The translations under genes were made by a program, and so were the position numbers. The notes below the pieces were generated by a model, which had not been told where the DNA came from, searched no databases, and saw only the letters and a program-made list of their open reading frames with translations. From assembly GCA_035221665.1 (NCBI GenBank), contig CM069160.1:2976001-3040000 (forward strand): 64,000 nucleotides of DNA. The letters run 5' to 3'. Below are positions 1 to 14,400 of the stretch, piece after piece. Each line of letters starts with the position of its first letter. Within the stretch, counting starts at the first letter, position 1. This DNA is from Okamejei kenojei. Its lineage: Eukaryota.

Positions 1-313
1 TTGATGGAATTTAATACAGGCAAGTGTGTGCTGTTGCATGTTGGGAGTCTAACATGGGCTGGACCTACACAGTGAATGGTAGGCCCCTGGGGAGTGTTGC
101 AGAGCAGAGGGAGCAAGGAGTGCAGGTGCATGGTTACTTGAAGGTCGAGTCGCAGGTACATAAGGTTGTCAAAAAGGCTTTTGACAATTTTGCCTGCATC
201 AGTCTCAATATTGGGTATAGACGTTCGGACGCCATGTGGCAGTCGTATGAAACGTTGGTGAGACCGCATTTAGAATATTGTGTTCAGTTCTGGGCACGAT
301 GTAATAGGACATA
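1..313 (+). mobile_element. CR1 LINE ORF2 3' fragment (first part, interrupted by Tc1)
   Basis: ORF 24..410 contains the CR1 motif LVRPHLEYCVQFW; the sequence resumes at 1882 (tattgtcaagcttgaa). Confidence 0.9.
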
Positions 314-1881
314 CAATGGCTTGCAAAAGTATTCATACCCCTTGAACTTTTCCACATTTTCTCACATTATAACTACAAACGTAAATGTATTTTATTGGGA
401 TTTTATGTGATAGACCAACACAAAGTGGCACATAATTGTGAAGTAGAGGGAAAATGATACAGGGTTTTCGAATTGTATTACAAATAAAAAACTGAACAGT
501 GTGGCGTGCAAGAGTATTCCCCCCCCCCCCCCCCCCCCCCTCCCCCCCCCCGAGTCAATATTTTGTAGAACCACCTTTCGCTGCAATTACGGCTTTGGGG
601 TAACCAGCTCACATCTAGCGACTGAAATTGATGCCCATTCTTCTTGCAAAATAGCTCAAGCTCAGTCAGATTTGGAGAGCGTCTGTGAACAGCAATTTTC
701 AAGTCTTGCCAGAGATTCTCAATTGGATTTAGGTCTGGACTTTGACTGGGCCATTCTAACACATGGCTTTGATCTAAACTATTCCATTGTAGATCTGGTT
801 GTATGTTTAGGGTCATTGTCTGCTGGAGGGTGCCTCTGCCCCAGCCTCAAGTCTTTTGAGACTCTAACAGGTTTTCTTCCAAGATTGCCCTGTATTTGGC
901 TCCATCCATCTTCCCATCCTCTGAGCAGCTTCCCTGTCCCTGCTGAAGGAAGGCATCCCCACAGCATGATGCTTGTTTCACAGTGGGGATAGTGTGTTCA
1001 GGGCGATGTGCAGTGTTAGTTTTCCACAATAGCGTTTTGCATTTAGGCCAAAAACTTCAATTTTGGTCATCAGACCAGAGCACCTTCTTCCACATGTTTG
1101 CTGTGTCCCCCACATGGTTTGTGGCAAACCGCAAACGGGACTTCTTGTAGCTTTTTTCAACAATGGCTTTCTTCTTGCCATTCATAAAAGCCCGTTTTGT
1201 GGAGTGTACACTAATAGTTGTCCTGTAGACAGTTCTCCCACCTGAGCTGTGGATCTCTGCAGCTCTCCAGAGTTACCATCTGCCTCTTGGCTGCTTCCTG
1301 ATCATGCTCTCCTTGCCCGGCCTGTCAGTTAGGTGGGCGGCCATGTCTTGGTAGGTTTGGCAGTTGTGCCATCTCTTTCCATTTTCGGATAAAGGATTGA
1401 ACAGTGCTCCGTGAGATGTGCTTGGGATATATTTTTATAACCTAACCTGCTTTAAACTTCTCCACAACGTATCCTTGAATCTGGTGTGATCCTTGGGCTT
1501 CACGATGCCCAAGGAGCATTGTGTTCACTCATGTTCTCTAACACACCTCTAAGACCGTCACAGAACTGCTGTATTTATACTGAGATTAGATTACACGTAA
1601 GTGGATTCTATTTACGGTAACTTCTGAAGTTGTTGCACTGGATTTTATTTAAGGGTATCAGAATAAAGGAGGCTGAATACTTTTGCACGCCACACTTTTC
1701 AGTTTTTTATTTATATAAAAATAATTAAAAACCATGTATCATTTTCCTTCCACTCCACAATTATGCGCCACTTGTGTTGGTCTATCACATAAAATCCCAA
1801 TAAAATACATTTACGTTTGTGGTTGTAACGTGACAAAATGTGGAAAAGATCAAGGGGTAATAATACTTTTGCAAGCCACTG
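314..1881 (-). mobile_element. Tc1/mariner DNA transposon (IR/DR type, long TIRs), decayed transposase
   Basis: TA-CAATGGCTTGCAAAAGTATT (312-) and AATACTTTTGCAAGCCACTG-TA (-1883); ~200 bp inverted repeats; minus-strand fragments [35 protein letters not shown]. Confidence 0.95.
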
Positions 1882-2172
1882 TATATTGTCAAGCTTGAAG
1901 GTCAAGGGGAAAGGATTTAATAGGAATCTGAGGCGCAACATTTTCACGCAAAGGGTGGTGTCTGGATGGGGAAAGCTGCCAGAAGACTTGGATCAGGCTG
2001 GGACAATCCAAACGTTTATGAAACAGTTGGGCACGTACATGGATAGGACTGGTTTGGAGGGATGTGGACCATGCGCAGGCAGGTGGGGGTAGTGTACCAG
2101 GGACATGTTAGCCAGTGTGGGCAAGTTGGGGTAAAGGGCCCGTTTCCACACTGTATCACTATGACTTTATGA
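1882..2172 (+). mobile_element. CR1 LINE 3' end (second part)
   Basis: RRNIFTQRVVSGWGKLP, CR1 3' UTR and short ctatgact-type tail. Confidence 0.85.
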
Positions 2173-2269
2173 TAAAGAACGGCAGTCTAAGTGGTCCGGC
2201 GAATCTTCGTGGTAGCGGTCTCGGAATAAGACAAGATCAACGTTATCCCCATGTCTCGTCCAATCCCTA

Positions 2270-2432
2270 CAAACTAGGGGCAATTTTCAGACGTCAATAT
2301 CCAACAAAATTCACAAATCTATGGAATGTGTGAGGACACCGGGAAGCAAACTCGATACAGATAGCACTCCTTGTCAGTTTCCAACCTGGGCATATGGCGC
2401 TGTGAGCCAATAACTCTACCATCGTGCCACCA
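2270..2432 (-). mobile_element. SINE fragment (elasmobranch HE1-like)
   Basis: Similar to the better copy at 28740-29005 (actagggg...aaactc..tacaga...ggcgctg...tgtgccacc); family name is from recall. Confidence 0.5.
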
Positions 2433-2504
2433 AATGTCGCCTTGATCTTGGTGAAAGTGAAGTTGATTAATTTAGAACATACTGTATGTCAGGAAGTTCC
2501 TGTG

Positions 2505-2860
2505 TCTGAGAAGGGTCCTGACCAAACACGATACCTATTTCTAGATAGTCACAAAATGCTGCATTATCCCAGCTGATTTGCAGCACCTCTGGAGAACATG
2601 GATGGGCGACTTTTAGGGACAACATCCTTAATTATTTTGAAGAAGCTTTCCGTCCAGAAATGTCACCTACATATTTTGTCGAGAGATGCTGCCCGACCTG
2701 GTGAATTTCTTCAACATTATGTGTCAATCTTCGGTATATTCCATCTACTGTAATTTATTGTTATTACGTCAGCTATCTATGTTCCCCAGAGACGCTGCCT
2801 GACCCGCAGAGTTACGCCAGCATATTCTAAATTCTTAACTAAACGAACATCTGCAGGTAC
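2505..2860. repeat. Degenerate Penelope-like terminal repeats in both orientations
   Basis: agagatgctgcctgacccgc..gagttac.ccagc motif and degraded ctgaagaaggg...gaaa.gtcacc cores. Confidence 0.55.
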
Positions 2861-3243
2861 TTGGGTTAAAGTACAGTAAATTATCCGTCGTTCAATTAGT
2901 TGCAGATTTAATTCTAGCAAGATATCTATCCATATAATTGCTATGTTTCGTCACCTATTGTAGTTGACAGACAATGCCATAATTGTGTAATGACAACCTT
3001 ATCTGCCTATAGATGATGCACTTGCAAACTCATCCTGAATATCCTCTCCACTGATGCTGTGTGGACTTCGCATGTTCTTCCTGCCACCGCGAGGATTTAT
3101 CTCGTGGGCACCAGATCTCCTCCACATCCCAACGACGCTATTAGTTGAAGGAATAAATTACCTCTATGATCCAGCCCTGATGACACAGGGCTGTTGTAGC
3201 ATCAGTCGCCATTTGAGTGCAATTCGAAGCGATACATTGAATG

Positions 3244-3422
3244 TGTAGGAAGGAACTGCAGATGCTGGATTATACGGAAGATAAACACAAACAACTCGAT
3301 TAACTCAACGGGACAGGCAGAGTCTCCGGCGAGATGCAATGGGTGAATTTTCGGGTCGAGACCTTTCTTCAGAGATGTTGCCTGTCCCAGTGAGTTACGC
3401 CAGCTTTTTGTCTCTATCTTCT
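3244..3422. repeat. Penelope-like terminal repeat with inverted (hairpin) arrangement, hammerhead core on minus strand
   Basis: taactcaacgggacaggcag ... tgcctgtcccagtgagttac inverted arms; minus strand 3343-3372 reads CTGAAGA AAGGT CTCG ACCC GAAA ATTC. Confidence 0.65.
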
Positions 3423-3583
3423 GATACATTGAGTCGGCGTGCAGAGGTTAAATTGACTAAAGGAGGTATCCTGATGCTCGACATTAACTGCACGGTAGGA
3501 ACAGTCGATCGAAGAGTATGATGTAATACCACAATGTAGAGGAAGACGTAATTTCGAAAGGATTTTCAGATTCACTGTGACAT

Positions 3584-4279
3584 TTATGACACTTTAGTTA
3601 ATTGGAAAAGAAAAACGAATGCGCACTTAATCACTTTTTTAAATTCCTCACAGAATTTGTTCTGGCACAACCCATGAATAAAGTGTTGGTGCAAGCACTC
3701 AGAATATATCCAGACAGTTCTGCAATGGTAAATGGTTCGTTGTAATCTGACCCTAAAAGATGAACGCCTGGAAAGTTTACACTCATGAAACACACGAATG
3801 TCACCATCCACAGTGGTACGAAGTTACCTGATGTGGCCAGCGACAGAATGATGGACTTTCTTTGGTTCTGTACTTCTTGATCCGCACCTCTCTCGCTGTT
3901 TTTGTCCAGTCGGAGACCGTTCCTTACCCTATCAACGTGTATAATATGATTGTTTGCCAGCGCGTTGAGGAGAATAATCAGCAAATAATTGTGCAATAAT
4001 CAGTGCAATTATTTGCTCGTAAATTCTGATTACAAATAGTGACACACCGATCGAGCGTAAAAGTCACTGTTAGCCAGACAGAGCAATCAATTGGAATATA
4101 ATTATGGAAAATACGCAGGCTGAAAACGTGAATTAGCTTGAGGAATGAATGCGAAGAATGCAATCTCAGAGAAAATTCCCTAGAAGATTAGGATCATTAG
4201 ATCAGCTGCAGCCGTAGATACCTGATAGCAGGTGATACTTTTGGAGAGTCCACGCTTTCGACGATGACCAACAGGTTAG
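3584..4279 (-). pseudogene. GPR139/GPR142-like GPCR pseudogene (exon 2 remnant)
   Basis: Acceptor ttttctacag|ct aac ctg ttg; fragments DCSVWLTVTFTLDRCVTIC, QNQRKSIILSLATSG, YNEPFTIAELSGY match the intact paralogue at 26365-27278; several frameshifts and internal deletions. Confidence 0.92.
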
Positions 4280-4827
4280 CTGTAGAAAAGACGAAATTGC
4301 CATGTTTTGTTGGTCAAGGAGCATGTTAGTTTGACACTTGGGTGGACATAGGAACGTGAGTGGATTATTTGATTCCGTATCTCGCGTCGAGATGCTCAGT
4401 ACAGATGACTACAGAGAGAGGATTGGCCACACATACATTACACATTATCAATCGCAGAATGAATTCAGGATGCGACTGTGAATGTAGCATGCAAATAACG
4501 TCTTTGTTAACCTCCATTTTCAACCCAATTTGCGAGTGTATGTGGGGCGTATGGGAGGGTACAGATGGATTGTGGAGGTGAAAATGGTAGAGGATCGCAT
4601 TCGTTAGACGTTACATAAAACATAACACGTTTCAATGCTGATGCCATTGACTTTACACCTACCGAAACGGAATATGAGTTTATTTTCTGATAGTTTGCGA
4701 GTGGCCTGACATTGATATTGGATGTGGCCCTGGACAGAATAGCCAGCATTGGAATGGGAATGTATGTTAAAATGGTTAGCAACCAAGATATCCAGTAGAA
4801 TATGTCACGAGCTCACGTGTTCTGTCG

Positions 4828-5382
4828 TTACACTGCCCAGACAATCACCGGCTCTGACCTTCCTTCCATCGAGGGGATCTATCGCAGTCGCTGCCTCAAA
4901 AAGGCTGGCATCATCATCAAGGACCCACACCATCCTGGCCACACACTCATCTCCCTGCTGCCTTCAGGTAGAAGGTACAGGGGCCTGAAGACTGTAACGA
5001 CCAGGTTCAGGAATAGCTACTTCCCCACAGCCATCAAGTTATTAAACCTGGCTCGGACAAAACTCTGAACATTAATAATGCATTGGGGTACACAAAAGGC
5101 TGGATAAACTCAACGGGTGCAGCAGCATCTAAGGAGCGAAGGAGGTAGGCAACGTTTCTGGCCGAAATCCTTCTTCATATTTCATTAATGATCCATTGTC
5201 TGTTATTTGCACTATCAGTTTATTTATTCATGTGTGTATTGACGTATATAATGGTATATGGACACGCTGATCTGTTTCGTAGTCAATGCCTACTATGTTC
5301 TGTAGTGCAGGAGCAAAGCACGAATGTCATTGTCCTATCAGGGACACATGACAATAATCTCACTTGAATTTGAACTTGAACT
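4828..5382 (+). mobile_element. Rex1/Babar LINE 3' fragment with 3' UTR and short-repeat tail (Penelope repeat inserted ~5085-5180)
   Basis: IIKDPHHPGHTLISLLPSGRRYR...RFRNSYFPTAIKLLN; tail gacaataa...(cttgaa)n. Confidence 0.85.
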
Positions 5383-7350
5383 TTTCTTCAACGTGGCCGC
5401 TGACTCAACACTTGGTATCGTTGATGTACATGAGGACACATGGGAGAAAAGTGTTGTCCATACAATAACAGAAGCCTGACACCATTATTAAGATCCAAAT
5501 ATGTTATTAACTACATTGCAAGCATGACTATACACTTGCCCGTTCCACTTACACTAAAGGAATTCAGCAAACATTGATAACTGAAAAGCTATTGGGCGTA
5601 ACTACAGAAGCATGGCACATGAAATAAGTGACACTAATCTGCATCCACCCTCTTAAAGAATCAACAACAATGCATGAATAACAATGGATGACAAACTGGA
5701 GGAAAGTCAAACATAGAAGGATACTTCACAACTGGTCTGCAAACACGACCAGCACGTGCACGGTAAAGACCGTCTACATTTTTTTTTCCAGCGAGGAGAG
5801 CAGGTTGATTTCAAAGGCGAGGGAGACTGTAGCAACGTCCCTGGAGACGAGGCAGTAAATTGTAGTGGTGAAGACGGAACAAACAGAGGAGCTTGCGAGT
5901 GCCACTAGACGCAGACGGAAGTGAACTTGTACGATCTGTATAATGTGGAGGAGGAACTGGCTCGTTCACAGGCGGGATACGTTGCCTGTTAAATCTGTAG
6001 GTGGTGCGATCAGCACTAACGATATATGAGCATGGCTCCGAAGCAAGTCCAGAAATTACTTCAATACGGTCGTGGCCTTTGTCAGTCTATAAGCGGACCA
6101 CCTGTCCTTTGGTCAATGGTGGTAGTGACCTACTTGTCTTGTCAAACCATTGTTTTTAATGTCACGCTTCTGTTGCAACCTGGATTCAACCTCCTCAGGT
6201 GGAATCACTTGTGGGATCAACGCCTGATCAGCTACAGGCACTGTAGTACGGGTTTACCTTGGCAACAACCGTTGAGCGGTTGAACCCAAGATGGGGTCAC
6301 GGGAGATGTTCCGTAAGTTGAACAGATCCAGGAATATTTTGCTCTGTAAGAACGCTCCATAAGCAGTCCGTTCAGTCAACCCATTAGACTGGGGAGTATT
6401 CAGGGCTGCTGCTGACGTGGTGGAATTTCCAGTATCTAGCGAACTCCCTGAATTGTTGGCTGGTGATTTGACTGCCGTTGTCAATTAGCAGTCTGCCCGG
6501 AGATCCGTCTTCTGAAAAGTGCCGCGATAACTTCGAAATCACTCCGCTGGAAGTGGGGCTGCTAAGAAAATCAATGTCTAGCCAAACTGAATAGGAATCC
6601 ACGAGCACGAGATACTGTTTGTCATGCGAATCGAGTATGTCAGCTGCGACTGTAGACCACGGGAGTGCAGGTACAGGATGTGAAAGAGGTGGTTGCTTTT
6701 GTTGGTGAGGTGCTAAATTGTTGCACACTGCGGAGGATGACATATTTTCGGTGATGTATTCGGCCATGCCAGGCCAATAAAACATACTTCTTGCCCGTAA
6801 AACAGTGGCTTGGGCACCAGGTTGCCCTGCGTGAAGAACGTTGACATACCGGTGGTGCAGCGAAACAGGAGCCACGGCCATGGGTCCTTTTAAAATAATG
6901 GCGTCTTGTAGTACTAGCTCATCTCGGACAGCAAAGGGCCGAACTGGCAGCGGAACGTTGTAGTGTTTGGCTGACCAGCCACGCTTAACGACGGAGGTTA
7001 GCACCGTCAGCAGCATTGTGGGCAATCAGGTCCTCCATACAGGACGAAGGGATAAAGGACACACAAGCGTAATATTCAAAAACAATGGGACAGGCCACAC
7101 ATCCTGCCAGTGAACGAGCCAGTCCCTCCTCCGTATTATCCAGATCGTACAAGTACATTTTCGTCTGCGTCTAGTGGTACCCGCATGCTTTTGCCAACGA
7201 AACAACCCATGCCGGCAACAGCTCCTCTGTCTGTTCCGTCTTCGACCCTACAGTTTCCCATACGCAGGGCAATGGTCACGAACGGCGGCATGTGAAAGTA
7301 ATTGTCAATTAATCTTAGCTTGCTGACCGGCCGTTGAGATCAACGAGGAG

Positions 7351-7729
7351 AAACATAGAAACATAGAAATTAGGTGCAGGAGTAGGCCATTCAGCCCTTC
7401 GAGCCTGCACCGCCATTCAATATGATCATGGCTGATCATCCAACTCAGTATCCCGTACCTGCCTTCTCTCCATACCCTCTGATCCCCTTAGCCACAAGGG
7501 CCACATCCAACTCACTCTTAAATATAGCCAATGAACTGGCCTCAACTACCCTCTGTGGCAGAGAGTTCCAGAGACTCACCACTCTCTGTGTGAAAAAAGT
7601 CTTTCTCATCTCGGTCTTAAAGGATTTCCCCCTTATCCTTAAGCTGTGACCCCTTGTCCTGGACTTCCCCAACATCGGGAACAATCTTTCCTGCATCTAG
7701 CCTGTCCAACCCCTTAAGAATTTTGTAAG
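7351..7729 (-). mobile_element. CR1 LINE 3' end inserted in Gypsy
   Basis: RTRGHSLRIRG...FFTQRVVSLWNSLP; (gaaacata)n tail. Confidence 0.92.
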
Positions 7730-8477
7730 AAGTTTGATACGATCTTCTGGCAACATTAATTTCACGAGCAGCCAAGTGACCCAGCGATTTAATGTGAGCA
7801 TTAGTCAATTCAGCTATGCGACAGCGGTTTTCAACAGCCGCTAAGGACAAGTCAACTTCCCGAAGTAATTCATCGCGTAATTCATAATTCAATATGCGAT
7901 GTATGAAGCGATCTCGAGAAGACTATCCTGAATATCTCTGAAATCGCATCGACTAGCAACATGCTTCAGTGCACTAATGTATATATCAACCGGTTCTCCA
8001 TATTTTTGACACATTGAGAAAAAATTATGACGTTTAATGATTTGTAACTCACATAAATGACGGAATTTACGTATGAGACATTCGGGGTCGCGCATAGGCC
8101 ATGGAGCAATAGGGTCACCATTTAGCTGGTACATAGTGAAATCTACTGGCACGCCGAGCAGCTTTCGTGCCTTCCAAATTAACAAGGATTGATGCACGAA
8201 GAGCAGGTTCAGCCGTAGAGTAGGCACTATCAATGTAGATAGAACATCATCTTCAAACACACGCCAATGTTCTGCAAGATCTGAATCAAACACCAAGATC
8301 TCTGGTTTCCCGAGAGCAGATGCCATATTATACAGTAAAAAAAAACTAAAATAAAAACAATAAAATTAGGTGACAAGTCCGCACATTCTGACACCATGTT
8401 GACTGTTGTCCATACAATAACAGAAGACTTACACCATTATAAAGATCCAAAGATTTAATGAACTACATTGCAAGCAT

Positions 8478-11400
8478 TTTTTTTATTTTTTAAAGAATTT
8501 ATTTATTAGAAGTACATTACATTTTAATGGTACCCTTTTACAGGTTCCCAGAGTTATTAAAACATTATTTGTACAACTTCCTTTTTTAATTATTTTTTTA
8601 GAAAGAAATGAGAAAGAAAGAGGTAATGAAGAGTAAAGAATAGACTAGTGAGTGTAGAGTGAAGAAAGAAATAAGTGAGAAAGTAAAGCAGAAAGGAGAT
8701 TCTCCCACGCAACAAGTCGATGTGATTTTTTTTAATTTTAAATTTTATGATGATCTTACACCGCATGATTCCACAAGGTCAATAAATGGAGACCAACTCG
8801 TTAAGAATTGGTCTTTTTTTTCTATTAGGAGGAGTCTCATTTCTTCCAAATGGGCCGTTTCCAACATATTACCAATCCACATTTTGAGTGTTGGTATAGT
8901 AGCCTTTTTCCAGAATTTGAGTATGAGTTTTTTCGCTATTATTAAACCATAATTAATAAAATGAGATTTGGGATACACTTAATTTATTTACATCACCAAA
9001 TATCTAAAGATAATCATTTCCATGCTAGGTTCCATTTTTATCTTAAATAAACTAGTCAATATATCAAATATGTCACACCAAAAACTTTGAAGTTTTGTGC
9101 AAGAAACGAAAGAATGTGTAAAATTGGCATTTTGAGAAAGGCATTGATCACAGATGGGTGAGATATTTGAATAAAATTTATTCAACCTAACTTTTGAATA
9201 ATATAGCCTGTGTAATATTTTAAATTGAATTAAATTATGTCTAGTGTTAATCGAACATTTATGTATATATATCAAATACCTCTCCCATGTTTCTTTAGAA
9301 AATGTTATCATTAAATCTTTTTCCCAGTCTTCTCTAATTGCCTCTGTTGAAGGCAATTCTCTATTAAGAATACTGTTATATAGATATTATATTATTTTTT
9401 GTGAGTCCGCCTTAATATTCATTGCTTCTTCCAGTGGGTCTATCGTTATGTTCTGTAATCTTGGTATATTTTTTTTATAAAGTCACATATCTGTAAATAT
9501 TTAAAGTATTGGTTAGTTTCAAATTAAATTTTGATTTTAATTGTTGAAATGATAATAAATTTCCCATTTCATACAAGTCACCCAACTTTTTAATTCCCAA
9601 TCTTTCCCTTTGTCTATTTGTTTTATCCATAATAGATGGGTTTAAAAAACCGGGTTATTCACTATTGGTGTTAATGAAGATAAGTGTATTAATTTTAAAT
9701 TTAATTTTATTTGTTTCCAAATTCGAATTATATGGTGTATAATTGGAGTCTTCTTATATAATATATTATTCCATTTTATCGAGGAGAAGAGGATCGCTAA
9801 AAAATCATAAGGGAAACAATCCTCTTTTTCCATTCTTATCCATTCCATCTGTTGAGAAGGACAATCCAACCAATAAATAATATTCTTAATATGCACAGCC
9901 CAATAATAATATAAAAAATTAGGCAGTGCAAGTCCCCCTACATCTGTAGGTTTACACAAATGATTTATTTTAATTCTATGTGCTTTGTAGTCCCATATAA
10001 AATTATTAATATTAGACTCTAGTTTGTTTTTAATATATTGGTATAAATATTGGTATGGATTGAAATAAATATATTATTTGTGGTAGCACTATCATTTTTA
10101 TAGCATTTATTCTGCCAATTAATGATAGTGGGAGCGTTTTCCAAAATGTAATCAAAGCGTTCAATTTATTTAACAGAGGACTAAAATTAGCGTTAAATGA
10201 TGATTTATATCTTCTGGTAACTTGAATATCTAAATACTTAAAGTTTTCCGTTGCAATTTTAAATGGAAATTATAATAGATGATTCGCTTTCTGAGGATGT
10301 AATGACATCGTTTCACTTTTATTCCAATTTATTCCATATCCAGAAAAGGAGCCAAATTCCTCTAGTAAATTTATACGTTCAGGATACTCATTTCTGAATT
10401 TCTAATATATAAAAGTATATCATCCGCGCATAATTAAATTTTATTATTAGAGTCCTTAGTATTATATCCCTGAATATTCGGATGAGTTCTTATCCTTTCA
10501 GCCAGTGGCTCTATCATAATGGCAAATAGCAGGGGTGATAAAACACATCCCTGCCTATTGCCCCATGATAATTTGAATTTTTGAGACAACATATTATTAA
10601 TTAATATTCTTGCTGTTGGTTTATCGTATAATAATTTTACCCATCTAATAAAATTATCTCCCATATTAAATTTTTGGAGTACTATGTATAAATACTGCCA
10701 CACTACCTGATCAAATGCTTTTTCTGCGTCCAAAGATATAACTGATGTCTTCCTTTTCCCCTTTATGTGAATACATTATATTATAAAGTGGTCTCAAATT
10801 GTTAAATGATTGTCTTTTGGGTATAATCCCCGTTTGTTCCTGGTTTATCAATTTATTAATATATTTGCTCAATCTTCTTGCTAAAATCTTTGCTAATATT
10901 TTTTGGTCTGTATTTAAAAGTGATATAGCTCTATACGAGCCCGGATCTTCTAGATCTTTATCTGTTTTTGGTATAAGCGTAATTGTAGATTTTGCTAAAG
11001 TTTCTGGTAATTTAGTATCGGTAAAAGCATAACTGTATAATTTACGTAATCGTGGGACCATTAACTCCTGAAATCTTTTATAGAATTCATTATTAAAACC
11101 ATCAGGCTCTGGTGCCTTCCCATTTTTCAATTATTTTATTGTTTCTCTTATTTCTTCACTTGTAATCTGGGCTCCTAATTCCTCTTGTTCTAAGATATCC
11201 AATTTTGGCAAGTTACACTTATCTAAAAAAATTATAATTTTATTGTCTTCAATGTTAGTTTTAAATGTATATAAATGTTGATAAAATTGAGCAAACCTTT
11301 TGTTAATGTCCTTAGGTAAAGTTAATAGTTCCCCGTTCTCTGATTTCATCTTACCAACTGTTTGTTTTCCTTTTCTTGTTTCTTCAATTGTCATGCTAGA

Positions 11401-14400
11401 AGTTTATGTGGTTTATCCCCAAATTCAAATTGTACTTGTTTTGTGATCTGAAATAATCTTATTACTCTTGCCGATAATATTCTATTAAGTTTAAATTTCG
11501 GTAATGTTGTCTTATTATGTTTATCTATGGTTGGGTCTTTTGCGTTTCCTAATTCTAATAATTGAATTTCCTTTTCTAACGTCCCTTGTTCTGTCCTGTT
11601 TTTTTTTATTTAGAAAACTTTGATACGAAATTATAACTCCACGAATGAATGCCTTAAAAGATTCCCATAATAGAGATGGTGAAATCCCTGGCGTCTCATT
11701 TGTTTAAAAAAATAATCATTTGTTGTTTTAAATACTCGTAACCTTGTGAGTCATTTGCTATTTCTGTGTTAAATCTCCAAAAAAATGTTGTACCTGGCAT
11801 TCCCTCAAGTTTTAAAGTAAAAGTCAGCGGGGAGTGATCAGAAATAATATTATTGTGGTATTTAGGATTAATCGTATATGGTATTAGTTTTGAGTCCACT
11901 AAAAAATAATAAATTCTTGAATAAGTTTTGTGTACTGATGAGTAAAACGAATATTCCCTTCCAGTTGGGTTAGCTATTCTCCATACATCTATGATATTAG
12001 TGTTTTTTATATGTGTTTAAGAATTCACTAGACTTGGGTTTAGCACTACCCTTCCTTAATTTTGTTGATATGTCTAAGTATGAATCTATAACACAATTAA
12101 AGTCCCCCCTAGTATTACATTTTGAAAATTATTCTCATCTATTTGATCCATAATGTTCTTAAAAAATTGGGGATTATCAAAGTTTGGTGCGTAAATATTT
12201 ATCAGAGTCAGTGGAATGGAATAAATTTCTCCCGCCACTATCGTGTATCTTCCTTCTTTATCAGATATTGTATTCTTTAATATAAACGGTATACCTTTCC
12301 GAATAATAATAGCCGTTCCTCTGGCTTTAGCAGTAAATGACGAATAATACGTTTGTCCTATCCAGTTTGCCCTAAATTTCATCTGTGTTTGTAGTTTCGT
12401 ATGCGTTTCTTGCAGAAAAGCTATATCCACCTTCAAAGATTTTAAATGGGCCATAATCTTGCCCCTTTTAATTGGATCATTCCCACCCCTAATATTCCAA
12501 CTACAAAATGTGACTCCTCCATTCTTATTTTCCTTATTGTCCTGCAGTATGAATAGATTTTAGAGATTTTACTTCATGTGGTGTAATTAGGTACCTCAGA
12601 CTTTTGGGTATGTGGGTATCATCCCACACTTCTGACGTTATTTTACCCCTCCTCCGTGTATTGAACCTCCATAAGAAAAAGAGAAAGGTGTGTTGAAAAA
12701 TAGTGATGAAAAAAAGAAAAAGAGTTAAATAAGCCACATAAAAGTAAATGCAACATTAACAAAAACAACACACGTGATTTTAAGGTATCAAAAAAGTGAT
12801 ACCCTAAATACAAGAGGCCATCTATGATGGCTAAAAATTGATTGACCTCCGTAGATGGAAATATACATTGAGTTCAGCCACCTAAATACATTGACATTCA
12901 TAACTACATGCCGTTTCATCTAAATATATCTTAATATGTCTTAATATATCTAAGGGAAAAAAATCATCCTTACTGTTTCAAATATTCTCTTTTCTACCCC
13001 GATTTTAAACCTTCTATGTTACTTGCACGGTATCCCCTGGTCCTAGAATTAAAAAAACATGAGAACACCTGCCCTGTCCCTGTCCGAATATACAGTATTC
13101 ATCTGTACCTCAATTACCAGCCTGTTTCTAGGGTTGCATTTCTTACCTTAAATACAACCATCTTCCAGCCCAAACCTCTGGAACTTTTCCAGATCATTAA
13201 CGCCTCTTTCTTCCCACAAGTTTATGATGTTATAATATTCTTCTACCCCTTTTCATTAATTATAATGTGTTAGCATACATCCTAAATTATATTTCATTTC
13301 TTTTCAACCAAATTAACCTTATATATCTGTTAATAATAACATCTCTATATGCCCCTTACCCCTAAATCCATTAGGTTAATACCTTGGTTCATCATATTAG
13401 TATAACATTAATATAATAGCATAACCATTGATTAGTGATATTAAGTTTATATAGTTAGTTAAATCTTTACGTTACATATATACTGTATTAACTAAAACAT
13501 TTCTTAAGTCCATAATTTCCTTTGATTTTCTTTCAAATCTGATCGCGTTGTTTCAAAATGTTCTTTCAATTATTTCTCTTCTCCTTATCTGTTCAAGGTT
13601 GAAACCAGGGCCTGTTCATTGCATACACATTCCTGACAGATAAGCCTGTCTGGTTAATGTCTAGAGCAGTTCCACCGTCTTAATTACAGCACAGTTTCCC
13701 AATAGACATTTACTCATCCGCTTTTACTTCTGCTTTTTCTATTGTCTTTACAATTTCTTGTGCGTAATTAAATGCCAAACCGGGCCCATGAAGGCGCGTT
13801 GAATAGAGTTATAATTAATTTTCATCTTCACGGGAAACACTACTCCATGTTTCACCTCTGATTTAACTTGCAGAATGCCGCTTGCTCTTTTAAATGTATT
13901 TTCTTTTCTCCAGTATTCGCGTGGGTAGTCTCTGCAGAATCTGACAATTTCTCCATCAAATGTAAGCCTCTCCCCATGTGGTATCATCTTCATAAGTTTT
14001 ACCCAAACTTGAAATGTCCAAAACTTTAACAATAATCTGTCTTGGGGAAGCATTTATTTATCTTCTGAAGCCACCTACCCGATGTGCCACATCAATCCTC
14101 GGGTGTTCCTTCAACTTAAAGACATCTTTGAGTATTTTAGTAACGAGTTCAGTCATTTAAATTCCTAGCTCTTGCCCTTCCTTTACTCCTACAATCCTCA
14201 TGTTCTGCCTCCTTGATCTAGCTTCAAAGTGTTGAATTTTATCTGTCAATTTATTCAATTGCTCCCGATTAACCCCTTGTTCTTCTTTTCAGGGTCGATA
14301 TTTCACGAGACATCTCACGTATTTCAGTCTTCATATCTTCTATCGACTTATCAACTCCTTCAGTCAGTTCATCACATTTCTTATTATAATCATTATCCAT

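Noticed and set aside
519-551. Long poly-C/poly-G runs here and elsewhere
   Set aside because: Homopolymer expansions or consensus artefacts with no further structure.
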